Shown one piece after another: positions 1 through 10,499 of a DNA stretch of 64,000 nucleotides. The DNA is from an uncultured Chloroflexia bacterium (GTDB lineage: Bacteria; Chloroflexota; Limnocylindria; Limnocylindrales; CSP1-4). Under the pieces are notes generated by a model that did not search any database, was not told where the DNA came from, and saw only the letters and a list, made by a program, of their open reading frames with translations. Where the stretch lies: assembly GCA_963819655.1 (NCBI GenBank), contig CAWFXA010000002.1, positions 576,001 through 640,000 of the forward strand. Reading direction: 5' to 3'. The translations under genes were made by a program, and so were the position numbers. Position 1 is the stretch's first letter, and each line of letters starts with the position of its first letter.

Positions 1-2
1 TT

Positions 3-527
3 CGCCCCCTTTATTACATGGACTATCGAAAGGCCGAGGCCAAGCGGCTGCTCGAGACGTTTGGTTGGACGTGGTACGGGGGCCATCACTTGGAGAATCG
101 GTTCACGGCGTTCTTCCACAGCTACTTCCTGCCCCGGCGATACGGGATCGACGCTCGGCAGCTCGGTCACGCGGCGCTCGTTCGGAGCGGGCAGTGGACC
201 CGCGAGGAAGCGATCGCCGATCTGGCGACACCGATCGTGGCCGATCCGCAGATTGTGGCGCTCGTGAAGCGTCGTCTCGGCTTCACGGACGAGGAGCTGG
301 ATGCAGCAATGGCCCTACCGCATCTCCACTACTCGGACTATCCGACATACAAGCCAACCTTCGAACGCCTGAAGCCACTCTTCTGGGCTCTCTACCGCGC
401 GGATCGAGTGCCGAAGAGCTTCTACATGAAATTCACCAATGCGGATCCTGGTCGCCCGAATCGTCGAACCGCCCCGTTGCCGTCACCATTGCTGCATGGC
501 TCGCCGAGTCTTCCTCGGGCTGACTGA
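3..527 (+). CDS. N-acetyl sugar amidotransferase family protein (C-terminal part; runs off the window start)
   Basis: WYGGHHLENRFTAF..YFLPRRYGIDAR..ALVRSGQWTREEA resembles the WbpG-like N-acetyl-sugar amidotransferase C-terminus; frame open from base 3. Confidence 0.75.
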   Translation, partial: RPLYYMDYRKAEAKRLLETFGWTWYGGHHLENRFTAFFHSYFLPRRYGIDARQLGHAALVRSGQWTREEAIADLATPIVADPQIVALVKRRLGFTDEELDAAMALPHLHYSDYPTYKPTFERLKPLFWALYRADRVPKSFYMKFTNADPGRPNRRTAPLPSPLLHGSPSLPRAD

Positions 528-1795
528 GGTCGCCGGGTACTTCGCTGGTCTCGAGCAAGGGTTTCGCACGATAGGGGTCGAGGTTCGGCTGTTCGACCTA
601 TCGGCGCAATCCGCTCGGCGACGGCCACGGTGGCGCGAGCGAGCGTCGACCGCAGCGAGCGAAGCTTCTTCGGTTGGGAAAGGCCCGGGCCGGGACCTGG
701 CGTCGTCGAACCTGGGACGCGCTTCTGCGTGTCAACCGCACAGCGCGCACAGTTCGCGCTTCGATGTTGCTGCCGGTCGCGCTCATTCGTTACGACACGT
801 TCATCCTGGCGGGTGGTGGCCTCTTCGCAGATGGACGGGAGGCTCTCGCTGCTGCGTCGACTCGGCAAGGATGTGATCGTGGTCTTCCTCGGATCGGATC
901 ACCGGCCCCCGTACCTGAACGGGATCTGGGTCCGCGACGCGATGGTCATCGGGTACGACCAGATCGCTCGGGACACCCTCACCATCCGCGACCGCGTCCG
1001 CCGTGTGGAGAGAGGATCACACCACCGTGGTCGCCCTGCCGGCTTCCGCGCAGTTTCATGACCGGCCCGTACGTCAATTTCCTGGCTATCGGCTTTCCGT
1101 TCGCGCCGCCCGATGAAGGTCATGCGCGAGCCCATAGCGCTGGAGACCGTGTGGTGGCGCTGCATTGCCCGACCAACCCAGCCTCGAAGGGAACAGCCGA
1201 GATCGGGACGCCATTGCCACGCTCCGCGCGCGCGGGCTGGACATCGACTACCGGGAGATCACGGGCGGCCTCATCAGGATGTCATCGAGGCGATCCAAGA
1301 CGCGGACTTCGTGATCGATGAGGTGTACCTGGACACCCCTATGGCAGGCTTCGCAACCGAGGCCGCGTTCTACGGACGGCCCGCAGTCGTCACCGGATAC
1401 TTCGCCCAGTCGCTCGAGCAGCTGGTTCCATCCCCGGTACCGCCGACCCTGCATGCTCGGCCCGAGGGATTGGTGCAGTCCATCGAGCTGCTGGCGTCGG
1501 ATCCCGCTTTCCGGGCCGACCTCGGTCAGCAGGCAAGGAAATTCGTGGAAACACGTGGGCTCCGTCTGACGTCGCGAAACGGCTCCTATCGCTCCTGGAT
1601 GGCTCGGCGCCAAAGCGGTGGTGGGTCGATCCCGATTCGGTGACGTACTGCCACGGTTGGGGAATGGACGAAACGCTTCTGATGTCCGGCCTCCGAGCCC
1701 TTATCGGCCAGCGGGGGTCAGGGTCCCTTGCCATGGATCATCGGCCTCTCACGAAGCGGCGACTGGAAGCGATGACGGAAGGGTCGCCGACGTGA
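496..1795 (+). CDS. Glycosyltransferase (GT4-like), split by several indels
   Basis: Pieces in different frames: MARRVFLGLTEVAGYF, DVIVVFLGSDHRPPYLNG, LHCPTNPASKGTAEI, ADFVIDEVYLDTPMAGFATEAAFYGRPAVV; stop TGA overlaps the next GTG. Confidence 0.6.
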
Positions 1796-2930
1796 CGCGC
1801 CGATCGATCCCGCTGGCCCGACCGTCGTTCGGTTCCGCGGAGCTCGAGGCCGTCCAGGCGACGCTTGACTCTGGGTGGGTCGTCCAGGGGCCACGCGTCG
1901 CCGCATTCGAGCAGTCCTTCGCCGCGATGGTCGGGACCGAGCACGCGATCGCCATGAGCTCGTGTACGACGGCGCTTCATGCCAGTGTCCTGGCCATGGG
2001 GGCCGGTCCCGGCGATGAGATCATCGTGCCGGCGTTCACGTGGGTCGCCACGGCGAATGCCGTGGAGCAGACGGGCGCGAAACCTGTGTTCGCTGATATC
2101 AGGCTCGATACCTTCAACGTCGACGAGGCCGCGTTGCGGAGACTGATCACCCCGCGGACAGTCGGCCTCCTGCCCGTCCATCTCTTCGGTCTCCCGGCCG
2201 ATCTCGATCCGATCCTTGACATCGCGACTCAGCATCGACTTTGGGTCATCGAGGATGCTGCCTGTGGGCTCGGCGCGGACCTTCGAGGACGGCACGTCGG
2301 GACTGCCGGGCAGATCGGCTGCTTCAGCTTCATCCTCGCAAGTCGATCACGACCGGCGAGGGCGGGATGGCCGTCACGGACGACGGCGGGCTCGCAGACA
2401 TCCTGCGCTCACTGCGCGATCACGGCGCAGAGGCCGCGGGTGTTTCGGATCTGCTTCCCTCGGCCATCATGCCGTCGTTTCCCCGCCTTGGTTTCAACTA
2501 CCGGATGACAGACATCCAGGGGGCCATCGGCTCGGTCCAACTCGGGCGTGCGAGTGGCTTCATCGAGGAGCGGATCCGCATCGCTCGTCGATACGACGAG
2601 GGTCTCGGCGATCTCGCTTGGCTTCGGACTCGATCGTTCCGCAGGGCTATAGGCACGCCTACCAGTCATATGTCCTCCTGGTGACCATCGGTGAGGACGA
2701 TCCCCCGATGGAACGAGCGGCCAAGGTCCGTGACGGATTCGATGTCGTGCCTCGAGCAGGCCGGCATCGGTTCACGGCCGGGGACCCACCACCACCACTG
2801 CACGATGCTCCAATCGCGAGCGTTACGGTATCGGCCGGAACACCACCCGCATGCTGGTGGTGGCCGAGCGATCGAGCGTGGCCGCTGAGATCCGGGGCTC
2901 TCCGAGGAGGACATCATCATGATCGGGACG
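1792..2930 (+). CDS. DegT/DnrJ/EryC1/StrS PLP-dependent sugar aminotransferase, frameshifted (end approximate)
   Basis: SGWVVQGPRVAAFE, SSCTTALH, PVHLFG, IEDAACGLG, HPRKSITTGEGGM, GFNYRMTDIQGAIG. Confidence 0.85.
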
Positions 2931-3830
2931 ATCGCGGGATCGACCTGGTTGTGGCAGGTACTGACGTGATCTCGGCTGAGACCGTCTCGTCGTTGGGTCG
3001 AAGGCGATCGGCTTGCAGTCCAGGGACTGTTCCGCGCGCGGAAGCTGCTTGAGGATGATTACCTGGATGATCTACGGAACTGCGCAGCAGGCTGCCGCCC
3101 TGCGCGCCATCGGGGTACGGTCGTGACGGTACTGAAAGGAGGACAGATCGAGGTGGACGTCTCGCGTCAAGGCGGACGCCGTCGTGGTCGCCGGTCGGCA
3201 CTGGTTGATGGGGTCGAAGCAATTGCGCGCCGACCGCACATCGGGATCGATCACTGTAGCTGCTTCGCTGTATCGAGGCGGTCACCGCTGTCCGGCTCCT
3301 CATACGGGTGATACCGCGTCGTGGAGAAAGCTGTCGACGTTGACCGATGAGATCGACGCGGAGAAGATCTGGGCACAGGGCGAGATCGACGTCGGCGACG
3401 AGCTCTCGTACATCGACCACGTCTCGAGCGATGCGACGGCCCCGCCGGTGACCTTCTGCCAGGCCTCGATCCACTGACGAGGATCGCCCCAGGATCGAGT
3501 CCGTGGCAACTTGGTGCGCTCCGCGGCGTCCCAGAGGACGGGCAGATCGATTGGACGAGTCCGGCCGAGGAGATCGTTCGATCCGTGCGTGCGCAATCGC
3601 GACCGTACCCGGGAGCGTTCATGGACCACGAAACGGTACTTGATCATGTATCTGGCGAGCGCGCCGCTGACCCGCCAATACTTCGGTAGACCCGGAGGTC
3701 TTGTTCGACTTGACGGGGCAGGTCTTCGGCGTCCGGCGGCGATGATCATCTCGTTGTCGTCGAGGAGTCAAGCGAGCCGATCCGCCCAGGTCTCGGTGTT
3801 TCTGATCACACGCCTGACGCGACATCCGAA
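2930..3830 (+). CDS. Fmt-like (sugar N-)formyltransferase, heavily frameshifted (limits approximate)
   Basis: ADAVVVAG.HW, SLYRGG, LTDEIDAEKIWAQGEI and, read by hand at 3522-3620, PEDGQIDWTSPAEEIVRSVRAQSRPYPGAF (Fmt C-terminal signature). Confidence 0.65.
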
Positions 3831-3892
3831 GGTCGCGACAAGTACCTTCGGTGCATCCGAGCACCGCGCACGCACCGCGTAGACTGCCCCAG

Positions 3893-5057
3893 ATGTCCAG
3901 CCCGACGCTGACCGCAGCCGCGCCCGTCCCGTTCTCGCAGCGGTGGCGCTCGGGTCTCCGGGTGCTGGCCGATGATCTCCGGTTGGACGCGGGGCTGATC
4001 GCGATCTTCGCTGCGTCACGGTTCCTGATCGTCGTTGCCGCGGTCGTTGCGGAGACACTCATCCCGCGTAATCCGGGGCTCAACCCCGGTGCCGATGGGC
4101 CGATCATCCGCAGCCTGACGAGCTGGGACGGGTGGTATTACCTCGGGATCGTTTCCGGCGGCTACCAGGCCGATCCCGTGGCCGGCGCCTACTCGAATGT
4201 CGCCTTCCCGCCGCTCTACCCGGCGCTCGTGAAGGTCCTGTCCTTGCCGTTCCCGGCGTTCGCGGGCGTCGTCGCGGTCGTCGTGTCGAACGTCGCGTTC
4301 CTCCTGGCCCTGGCTCTCCTCGTTCGCCTCGGCACGCCTTACATCGGTCGCCGGCGCGCGACTGTGGCTGCGGGTCTCCTCGTGATCTACCCGTTCGCGT
4401 CGGCATTCGCGATGGCCTACACCGAGAGTCTGTTCCTCCTGCTGATGGTCGCGTCGTTCCTCGCGGTCGAGCGCGGCCATCGCGCGTGGGCCGGTGTGTT
4501 CTTCGCGCTGACCGTGCTGTGCCGTATCCAGGGGCTCGCCCTGATCCTGCCTCTGGCGATCCTGATGCTGCGCCGGGACGGCTGGCACCCGAAGGCGTCT
4601 CTGGGCTGGCTGCTGCTCGGGCCGCTCGCGGCCGCGGTCTTCCTGGCGTACATCGCGACCGTGACGGGCAGTTCGACCGCGTTCCTCGATGCCCAGCAGG
4701 CGTGGGGTCGCGAGGGGCTGGGCGGCGCCGCGCCCGACGAAGACCCTCGGTGCGGCGTTCAGTCCGTACCTCGGCGCCCTCCTCATCACGTTGCTCGCGA
4801 CGGTGTTCCTGCTGGTCTTCGTGCGTGCCGACCGGATCCCGGTCGAGTACGCCCTCGTGCCGGTCCTGTTCATCGCCGCGGAACTGTCGAGCGGGTCGCT
4901 CGAGGCCGTCGGCCGGATCACGATGGCCGGCTTCCCGCTTGTGTGGATCCTCGCGAACCGTCGCTCGATCCTGGCACGCCGGACGTGGCCGCTGATCTCC
5001 GTCGGACTGTTCGTGATCGTCGCAGTGCTCTCATTCGGCGGGTACTGGGTGCCGTGA
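3893..5057 (+). CDS. PIG-V/GPI mannosyltransferase-2-like GT-C membrane protein (one frameshift near 4740)
   Basis: SWDGWYYLGIV, AFPPLYP, YTESLF motifs; many TM helices; C-terminus is in ORF 4689..5057. Confidence 0.8.
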
Positions 5058-5851
5058 CCAGCGGACTGACCCTCGTTCTGCCCGCGTTCAACGAGTCCGA
5101 GCGGATCGATCCGGCACTCGACGAGCTGTTCGGCTATCTCGGTCGGCGCGAGGGTCGGGGACGGGACGGCGCACTCGGCGCGTCGGCGCTCCCGGAATCG
5201 ATCGACGTCCTCGTCGTCGACGACGGGAGCTCCGACGACACCGCGGCGCGGGTCGAGGCGCGACCGGAGGCATCGGGCGCGGTGCCCGGTGTCACGCTGC
5301 ATCTGCTGCGCGTGCCGCACGGCGGGAAGGGCGCGGCGGTGCGGGCCGGCATGCTGGCCGCGGCCGGCGACCTGGTCATCTTCGCCGATGCGGACATGGC
5401 CACCCCGCCCGACCAGATCCCAGTCCTCGTCGGGGCGCTCGCGGACCACGACGTCGCGCTCGGGTCGCGGATCCAGGCGGACGGCTCCGACATGCGGGCG
5501 ACGCAGCCCGGCTATCGCCGCCTTCTCGGCAAGGCGTTCCACCTCCTGGCGTCGGTGTGGGTGGTCGGCCCGGTCCAGGACACCCAGTGCGGGTTCAAGG
5601 GGTTCACCCGGGCCGCCGCCCAGGACCTGTTCGAGCGTCAACGCATCACGAGCATCGTGTTCGATGTCGAGGTGATCTACCTCGCCCGCCGTCGCGGCTA
5701 CCGGCTTGCGATCGTCCCGATCCGCTGGTTCGACAAGCGCGGGTCGCGCATGCGTGCCCGTCCCGGGCTGGCGCTGCGAGTCGCCTGGGACCTGTTCCGC
5801 ATCCCGCTCATGCACCGAGGGAGCCGCCGCAGCGCCACCGAAAGGGCGTGA
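5054..5851 (+). CDS. GT2 polyprenyl/dolichyl-phosphate glycosyltransferase
   Basis: LVLPAFNE, VVDDGSSDDT, GKGAAVRAG, FADADMATP, DTQCGFKGF, FDVE; GTGA overlap with the upstream gene. Confidence 0.88.
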   Translation: MTSGLTLVLPAFNESERIDPALDELFGYLGRREGRGRDGALGASALPESIDVLVVDDGSSDDTAARVEARPEASGAVPGVTLHLLRVPHGGKGAAVRAGMLAAAGDLVIFADADMATPPDQIPVLVGALADHDVALGSRIQADGSDMRATQPGYRRLLGKAFHLLASVWVVGPVQDTQCGFKGFTRAAAQDLFERQRITSIVFDVEVIYLARRRGYRLAIVPIRWFDKRGSRMRARPGLALRVAWDLFRIPLMHRGSRRSATERA

Positions 5852-6951
5852 TGGACCGTCAGGCTGTCTCGGGATTCGCGCGCGCGGCGCTCCCGGTCGT
5901 CGCGATCCTGTCGTTCGTTACGGGCCTCGGCGCGACGCTGGCGTTCGCGGGCGACACGCTCGGGTTCGACTTCCTCGCGTATCACCAGGCTGCCGTCCGG
6001 CTCCTCGACGGCCAGCCGCTCTACGACATGTCGTTCACGCAGACCGGTGGGTTCGGTCTCTTCTACTACCCACCAACGTTCGCCCCGTTGCTCGTGCCGT
6101 TCGGCGCGCTCGCGGCTGGGACCGCGACGTGGCTCTGGATCGCGATCTCGGTCGCGTTCTTCCTGGTCGGCGTCGCGGTCCTGCCGGTGTCGCGGACCGT
6201 GCGCTGGTGGATCGTGTTCCTCGCGGGCTGGTCGTTCCCGTTCGTCTACGCCGTCAAGCTCGGACAGGTCGGCCCGATCCTCTTCGGGCTCCTCGCACTG
6301 GGCTGGCGCTGGTTCGACCGACCGGCCTGGCTCGGCATCACCGGTGCCCTTGGGGCGGCGATCAAGATCCAGCCGGGTCTCGTCCTGGTGTGGGCCGTGC
6401 TGACCGGTCGCTGGCGGGCGGCGGCGATCGGAGCCGTCACGCTCGTCGTGCTGGCAGTCTTCGCCACGCTCCTCGCGGGGGTCGGGGCATGGAGCGATTT
6501 CCTGACGCTCCTTCGGACCGTCAGCGATCCGATCACGACGGAGCACAACTTCACGCCGGGCGCCGTGGCGTTCCAGCTGGGCGTGCCGGCCGAGGCTGCG
6601 GCGCTGATCCAACTCGCAAGCACGGTCGCCGTCGTCGTGATCCTGATCGCAGCCGTGCGGTTCGCGACGGACGAGGCGTCCTACCTGATGACCGTCGTCG
6701 CGAGCCAGCTCGTCTCGCCGATCCTGTGGGATCACTACGCGATGCTCCTTCTCCTTCCGGTCGCGTTCCTCCTGTCGGCCGGCCGCTGGTGGGCGGCGCT
6801 CATCCCGCTCGCGACGGCGTGGCCACTGGTCGGGCTCACGCCACCGGTGATCTATCCGATCGCGTTCTGGGTGACGCTGATCGTGACGTTCCTCGTGGGG
6901 CATGCGGCCAAGGACCCGCACACCAGCGTTGGTGAGCGGTGGGCGGCATGA
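5851..6951 (+). CDS. GT87 (DUF2029) membrane glycosyltransferase
   Basis: DFLAY, FYYPP, LGQVG, IKIQPG, SPILWDHY motifs; multiple TM helices. Confidence 0.82.
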   Translation: MDRQAVSGFARAALPVVAILSFVTGLGATLAFAGDTLGFDFLAYHQAAVRLLDGQPLYDMSFTQTGGFGLFYYPPTFAPLLVPFGALAAGTATWLWIAISVAFFLVGVAVLPVSRTVRWWIVFLAGWSFPFVYAVKLGQVGPILFGLLALGWRWFDRPAWLGITGALGAAIKIQPGLVLVWAVLTGRWRAAAIGAVTLVVLAVFATLLAGVGAWSDFLTLLRTVSDPITTEHNFTPGAVAFQLGVPAEAAALIQLASTVAVVVILIAAVRFATDEASYLMTVVASQLVSPILWDHYAMLLLLPVAFLLSAGRWWAALIPLATAWPLVGLTPPVIYPIAFWVTLIVTFLVGHAAKDPHTSVGERWAA

Positions 6952-8183
6952 CTGCACGACTCGATCGGGCGACGTGGGTCGGGTTCGCGGTCGTCGCCTT
7001 CAGCGCCGTCGTGTACTGGCTCGCGAACCGGGCCTTCGATGCGCAGCGCGGCGACTTCTTCTACCTCGCCGACGCATTCCTGCATGGGCGGACCTGGCTG
7101 ACGGTGCAGCTGGGTCCGGCTGACGTGATCCCGGTCGACGGACGCTTCTACGTGCCCTTCGCCCCGTTCCCCGCGATCGTCTTCATGCCACTCGTGCTGT
7201 TCACTGGGCCGATCCGTGCCGACCAGCTCGAGTCGGGGATCAACGCGGTCCTCGCCGCCATGTCCGTCGGGATGTGCTGGTGGGCTCTGGGCCGGACCGG
7301 TGTCGCTCGGCTGTCGGACAGGGCATGGCTGACCGCCCTGTTCGGGTTCTCGACCCAGATCCTGTGGGTCACCACCCGCGGCGGGGTGTGGCATACGGGC
7401 CACCTCATCGCCACGATCCTGACGTTCGCCTGCCTGGTCGAGCTGTTCGGACGTCGCCGGGCGTGGCTCGTCGGCCTGTTCGCGGGGGCGGCGTTCCTGA
7501 CGCGCGCGCCGCTCGCCTTCGCGGTCCCCTTTTACGCGTTGCTGCTCCACCCGACGGTCGACGAGCAGTCGCTCACGGGGGTGCGCGGCGAGGCGGGCGC
7601 CTACATCGTGCGGGCCAGGGATGCGATCCCGTGGCGGCAGTGGTTCGAGCTTGGCCTCGGCGTGGCACCCGCGGTCCTCTTCTTCTTCGCGTACAACCAG
7701 CTTCGATTCGGCACGCCGCTCGAGTCGGGCTACGCGCTGGCCACGTTGCCCGGCTGGCTCGAGCGACAGCGCGAGATCGGCCTGTTCTCGCTCGCCCACG
7801 TGCCGATGAACATCGACTACTTCCTGCTCCATCTGCCGCGAGTCCTGCCGAGCTGGCCGTTCATCCAGCCCGACGGACTCGGGATGTCTGTCCTCCTCAC
7901 GAGCCCGGGGCTCCTTTTCGCGCTCCGCGCGGACTGGCGTCAGTCGCGGACCTGGTGGCTCGCCGGGGCGGCGATCGCCGTCCTGGTCCCGACGCTCCTC
8001 TACTACGGCGGCGGGTGGCTCCAGTACGGCTATCGCTATTTCCTCGACTCGGTGCCGTTCGTCATCGCGCTCTGCGGCCTGGCCGCCGCCGAGCGGGAGG
8101 GCATCGGTTGGGGCTGGAAGGCGCTGATCGTGTTCGGTGTCGCCGTGATGGGGATCGGCGTGTACTGGGCGTACAACCTGTGA
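6948..8183 (+). CDS. Polytopic membrane protein, GT-C-like
   Basis: DFFYLADAFLHGR, FYVPFAPFPA, YNQLRFGTPLESGY, GWLQYGYRYFLD; coupled to both neighbours. Confidence 0.7.
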   Translation: MTARLDRATWVGFAVVAFSAVVYWLANRAFDAQRGDFFYLADAFLHGRTWLTVQLGPADVIPVDGRFYVPFAPFPAIVFMPLVLFTGPIRADQLESGINAVLAAMSVGMCWWALGRTGVARLSDRAWLTALFGFSTQILWVTTRGGVWHTGHLIATILTFACLVELFGRRRAWLVGLFAGAAFLTRAPLAFAVPFYALLLHPTVDEQSLTGVRGEAGAYIVRARDAIPWRQWFELGLGVAPAVLFFFAYNQLRFGTPLESGYALATLPGWLERQREIGLFSLAHVPMNIDYFLLHLPRVLPSWPFIQPDGLGMSVLLTSPGLLFALRADWRQSRTWWLAGAAIAVLVPTLLYYGGGWLQYGYRYFLDSVPFVIALCGLAAAEREGIGWGWKALIVFGVAVMGIGVYWAYNL

Positions 8184-8954
8184 TCGGTCCGCGCGCTCGT
8201 CGGCTGGTGCTGGTCGCGCTCGTCGCGGTCCTGTGCGCGGTCCTGGCGATCGAGACGATCCAGCTGTATTTCATCATCGACGGCCAGTCGGCGATCGGGA
8301 CCGATCTCGACTACTACCGGTTCGTGGCCGAGCGGTTCGTGACCACGGGCGTCTACTACACGGATGAGCAGCTGGCTGGTCCGTATGTCGTCCAGACCCA
8401 GGTCCACAACCTGTATCCGCCGCACGCGCTCTACCTCTTCGTGCCGTTCCTCTACTTGCCGGACATCCTCTGGTGGGTCGTGCCGCTGGCGTTCCTGGCC
8501 TATGTGATCTGGTGGTGCCGGCCGATCCCTTGGGCCTGGCCGGTCCTCCTGTTCCTCCTCGCGCTGCCGAAGGGTCCGGCCCAGGTCCTGTTCGGCAACA
8601 CCGACATGTGGATCGCCGCGTTCGTGGCAGGGGCGGTGCGCTGGGCATGGCCGGGCGTGCTGGTGTCGATCAAGCCATCGCTCTCGCTCTTCGGCTTCCC
8701 GGGCGTGCTGTCGCGTGCCTGGTGGCTCGGGGCGGCGGCGTTGGTCCTCGTCAGCCTCCCGCTGTGGACGTACTGGCTGCCAGTACCCCGTGATCACCCA
8801 GAATTCGAGCGCGCAACTGTCGTACTCGTTCGGAAATTTCCCGTTCTTCGTCGTGCCGATCGCCGCGTGGATGGGCTCGTCGCGTCGCGGCGACATGCCC
8901 GTCAGCCGGTGGTTCCTGGCGCTGCTCGGGCGCGGGAAGCCCGATCAGAGCTGA
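8180..8954 (+). CDS. GT87-like membrane protein (frameshift near 8780)
   Basis: GTDLDYY, LYPP, FGN, SIKP motifs parallel GT87; C-terminus in ORF 8715..8954. Confidence 0.65.
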
Positions 8955-10402
8955 CAGTCGGACAGGTCGCTCCGGACGTGGATCGACGCCTGTCCGTCGC
9001 GATACGCGAGACGCCAGTCTTCCGCCTCGGTCAGCCAATGGGATAGCGGCCCGGTGACCGGCATGAGCGCGATCTCGACGGCGTGGCCGTCGAGCCACGG
9101 TCGCGGATCGCCGGTCACCGCCTCGACGGCAGCCTGCTCCGCGAGCGGGCCCTCGGCGGAGTTCCCGTACGCCCCGACGTCGCGACCCGTCATCTCGATC
9201 ACGTAGCCGGCCCAGCCATACGCCGGCAGGATCCGGCCCGCGCAGGGTTGCGCCTCCAGGACGTCGAGGGCCACGACCGGCTGCCGGTGCGCGATCGCGG
9301 CCGCCTGGGCAGACGGCATGATGAACGACCAGCCCACCGCCAGGATGGCCAACGACGCCACCGCCGCGGTCGCGATGAAGAGCGCCGGGCGGGGAGCAGA
9401 CGGTGGCGCATCGCCCACCCTGACCGGCCCGATCCCCAACCATCGCGCGACAGACGGCCCGATCGCCGGGGCGGCGGCGGCCACGACGACCAGCGCGGCG
9501 ATCGGTAGGAACCGCACGGCCCCGAGTGCTGCGAAAGTCCAGCCCGCGGCCGTCAGCAGCAGGAACGGGTCACGCCCGCGCCGCGGCCAGGCGGCGGCGA
9601 GCAGGAGAAGGCTCGCGACCAGCACCCGGGCAACCAGCAGCTCCGGGGCACGGAAGTCCGGTGAGCGCCATTCGATGATGTCGAACGAGAACGCGCTGGC
9701 CACCGCGCGATCGAATGGATAGAGGAGCAACGCGGGGCCGTACGGATTGAGCATCGCCGCCACGAGCGAGGCCGCGGCCGCGACCGCGAGCGGTGCGACG
9801 CGCCGTCCCGGCCAGACGCCCCAGCGTGCCCCGATCGGCAGCGCGAGCAGGCCGATGGCGAGCATCGCCACCAGGCCGAGGAGCGCGCTGCCATGGAGGT
9901 TCGCCCACAGCACCCCGATGAACGGCAGCGCGAGCAATGCCGTCCGCGTCCCGAGCCGGAGGTAGCTCGCGATCGCGAACGCCGTCGCCAGGACGAACAG
10001 CACGTCGAGCGTCTGACCGCGCGGCGCCCACAACGGCAGCGACGCGACGACGCCGAGGACGACCAGCGCACTGCGCGCGATGGGCGGGATCCCCGGGGCC
10101 GCGATCCCGATCAGCGCCCATGCTGCTGCGAGGATCCCTGCGGTGACCGGCACGACGAGGAGGCTCGTGCCGGTCGCACCGCCGGCGCCGTAGGCCATCG
10201 CCATCAGGACATCCCAGAGCCAGCTGTGCGCGACGAATTGATCACCCGCCGTCAGCCAGCTGAACGGGTCGGTCGCCGGGATCCCGCCAGCCAGAACGGC
10301 TTTCCCGATAGCGATGTGCCACCACGCGTCCGGGTCGACCTGGGGGCGCCAGGTCGCGACCCACGCCGCCGCGAGGAGGATGACGGCGATCGACCGGCCC
10401 AT
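8945..10402 (-). CDS. Polytopic membrane protein, GT-C-like (DPDxWWH / WANLHG family)
   Basis: DPDAWWHIAIG, DPFSW, HSWL, LWANLHG, NPYG, IIEW; multiple TM helices. Confidence 0.7.
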   Translation of the reverse strand: MGRSIAVILLAAAWVATWRPQVDPDAWWHIAIGKAVLAGGIPATDPFSWLTAGDQFVAHSWLWDVLMAMAYGAGGATGTSLLVVPVTAGILAAAWALIGIAAPGIPPIARSALVVLGVVASLPLWAPRGQTLDVLFVLATAFAIASYLRLGTRTALLALPFIGVLWANLHGSALLGLVAMLAIGLLALPIGARWGVWPGRRVAPLAVAAAASLVAAMLNPYGPALLLYPFDRAVASAFSFDIIEWRSPDFRAPELLVARVLVASLLLLAAAWPRRGRDPFLLLTAAGWTFAALGAVRFLPIAALVVVAAAAPAIGPSVARWLGIGPVRVGDAPPSAPRPALFIATAAVASLAILAVGWSFIMPSAQAAAIAHRQPVVALDVLEAQPCAGRILPAYGWAGYVIEMTGRDVGAYGNSAEGPLAEQAAVEAVTGDPRPWLDGHAVEIALMPVTGPLSHWLTEAEDWRLAYRDGQASIHVRSDLSDCQL

Positions 10403-10499
10403 CGGCCCGTCGTCGACCAGAACTCGCCCGAGCCGCGCCCTCATGCGGCCCGATGGTAGGCGAACCACGCGCCCCCGACAGGCATGACAGACTCCGCCG

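Noticed and set aside
3851-5851. 666-aa PIG-V/GT2 fusion ORF
   Set aside because: An indel near 4740 joins two genes; the true C-terminus is in 4689..5057 and the GT2 starts at GTG 5054
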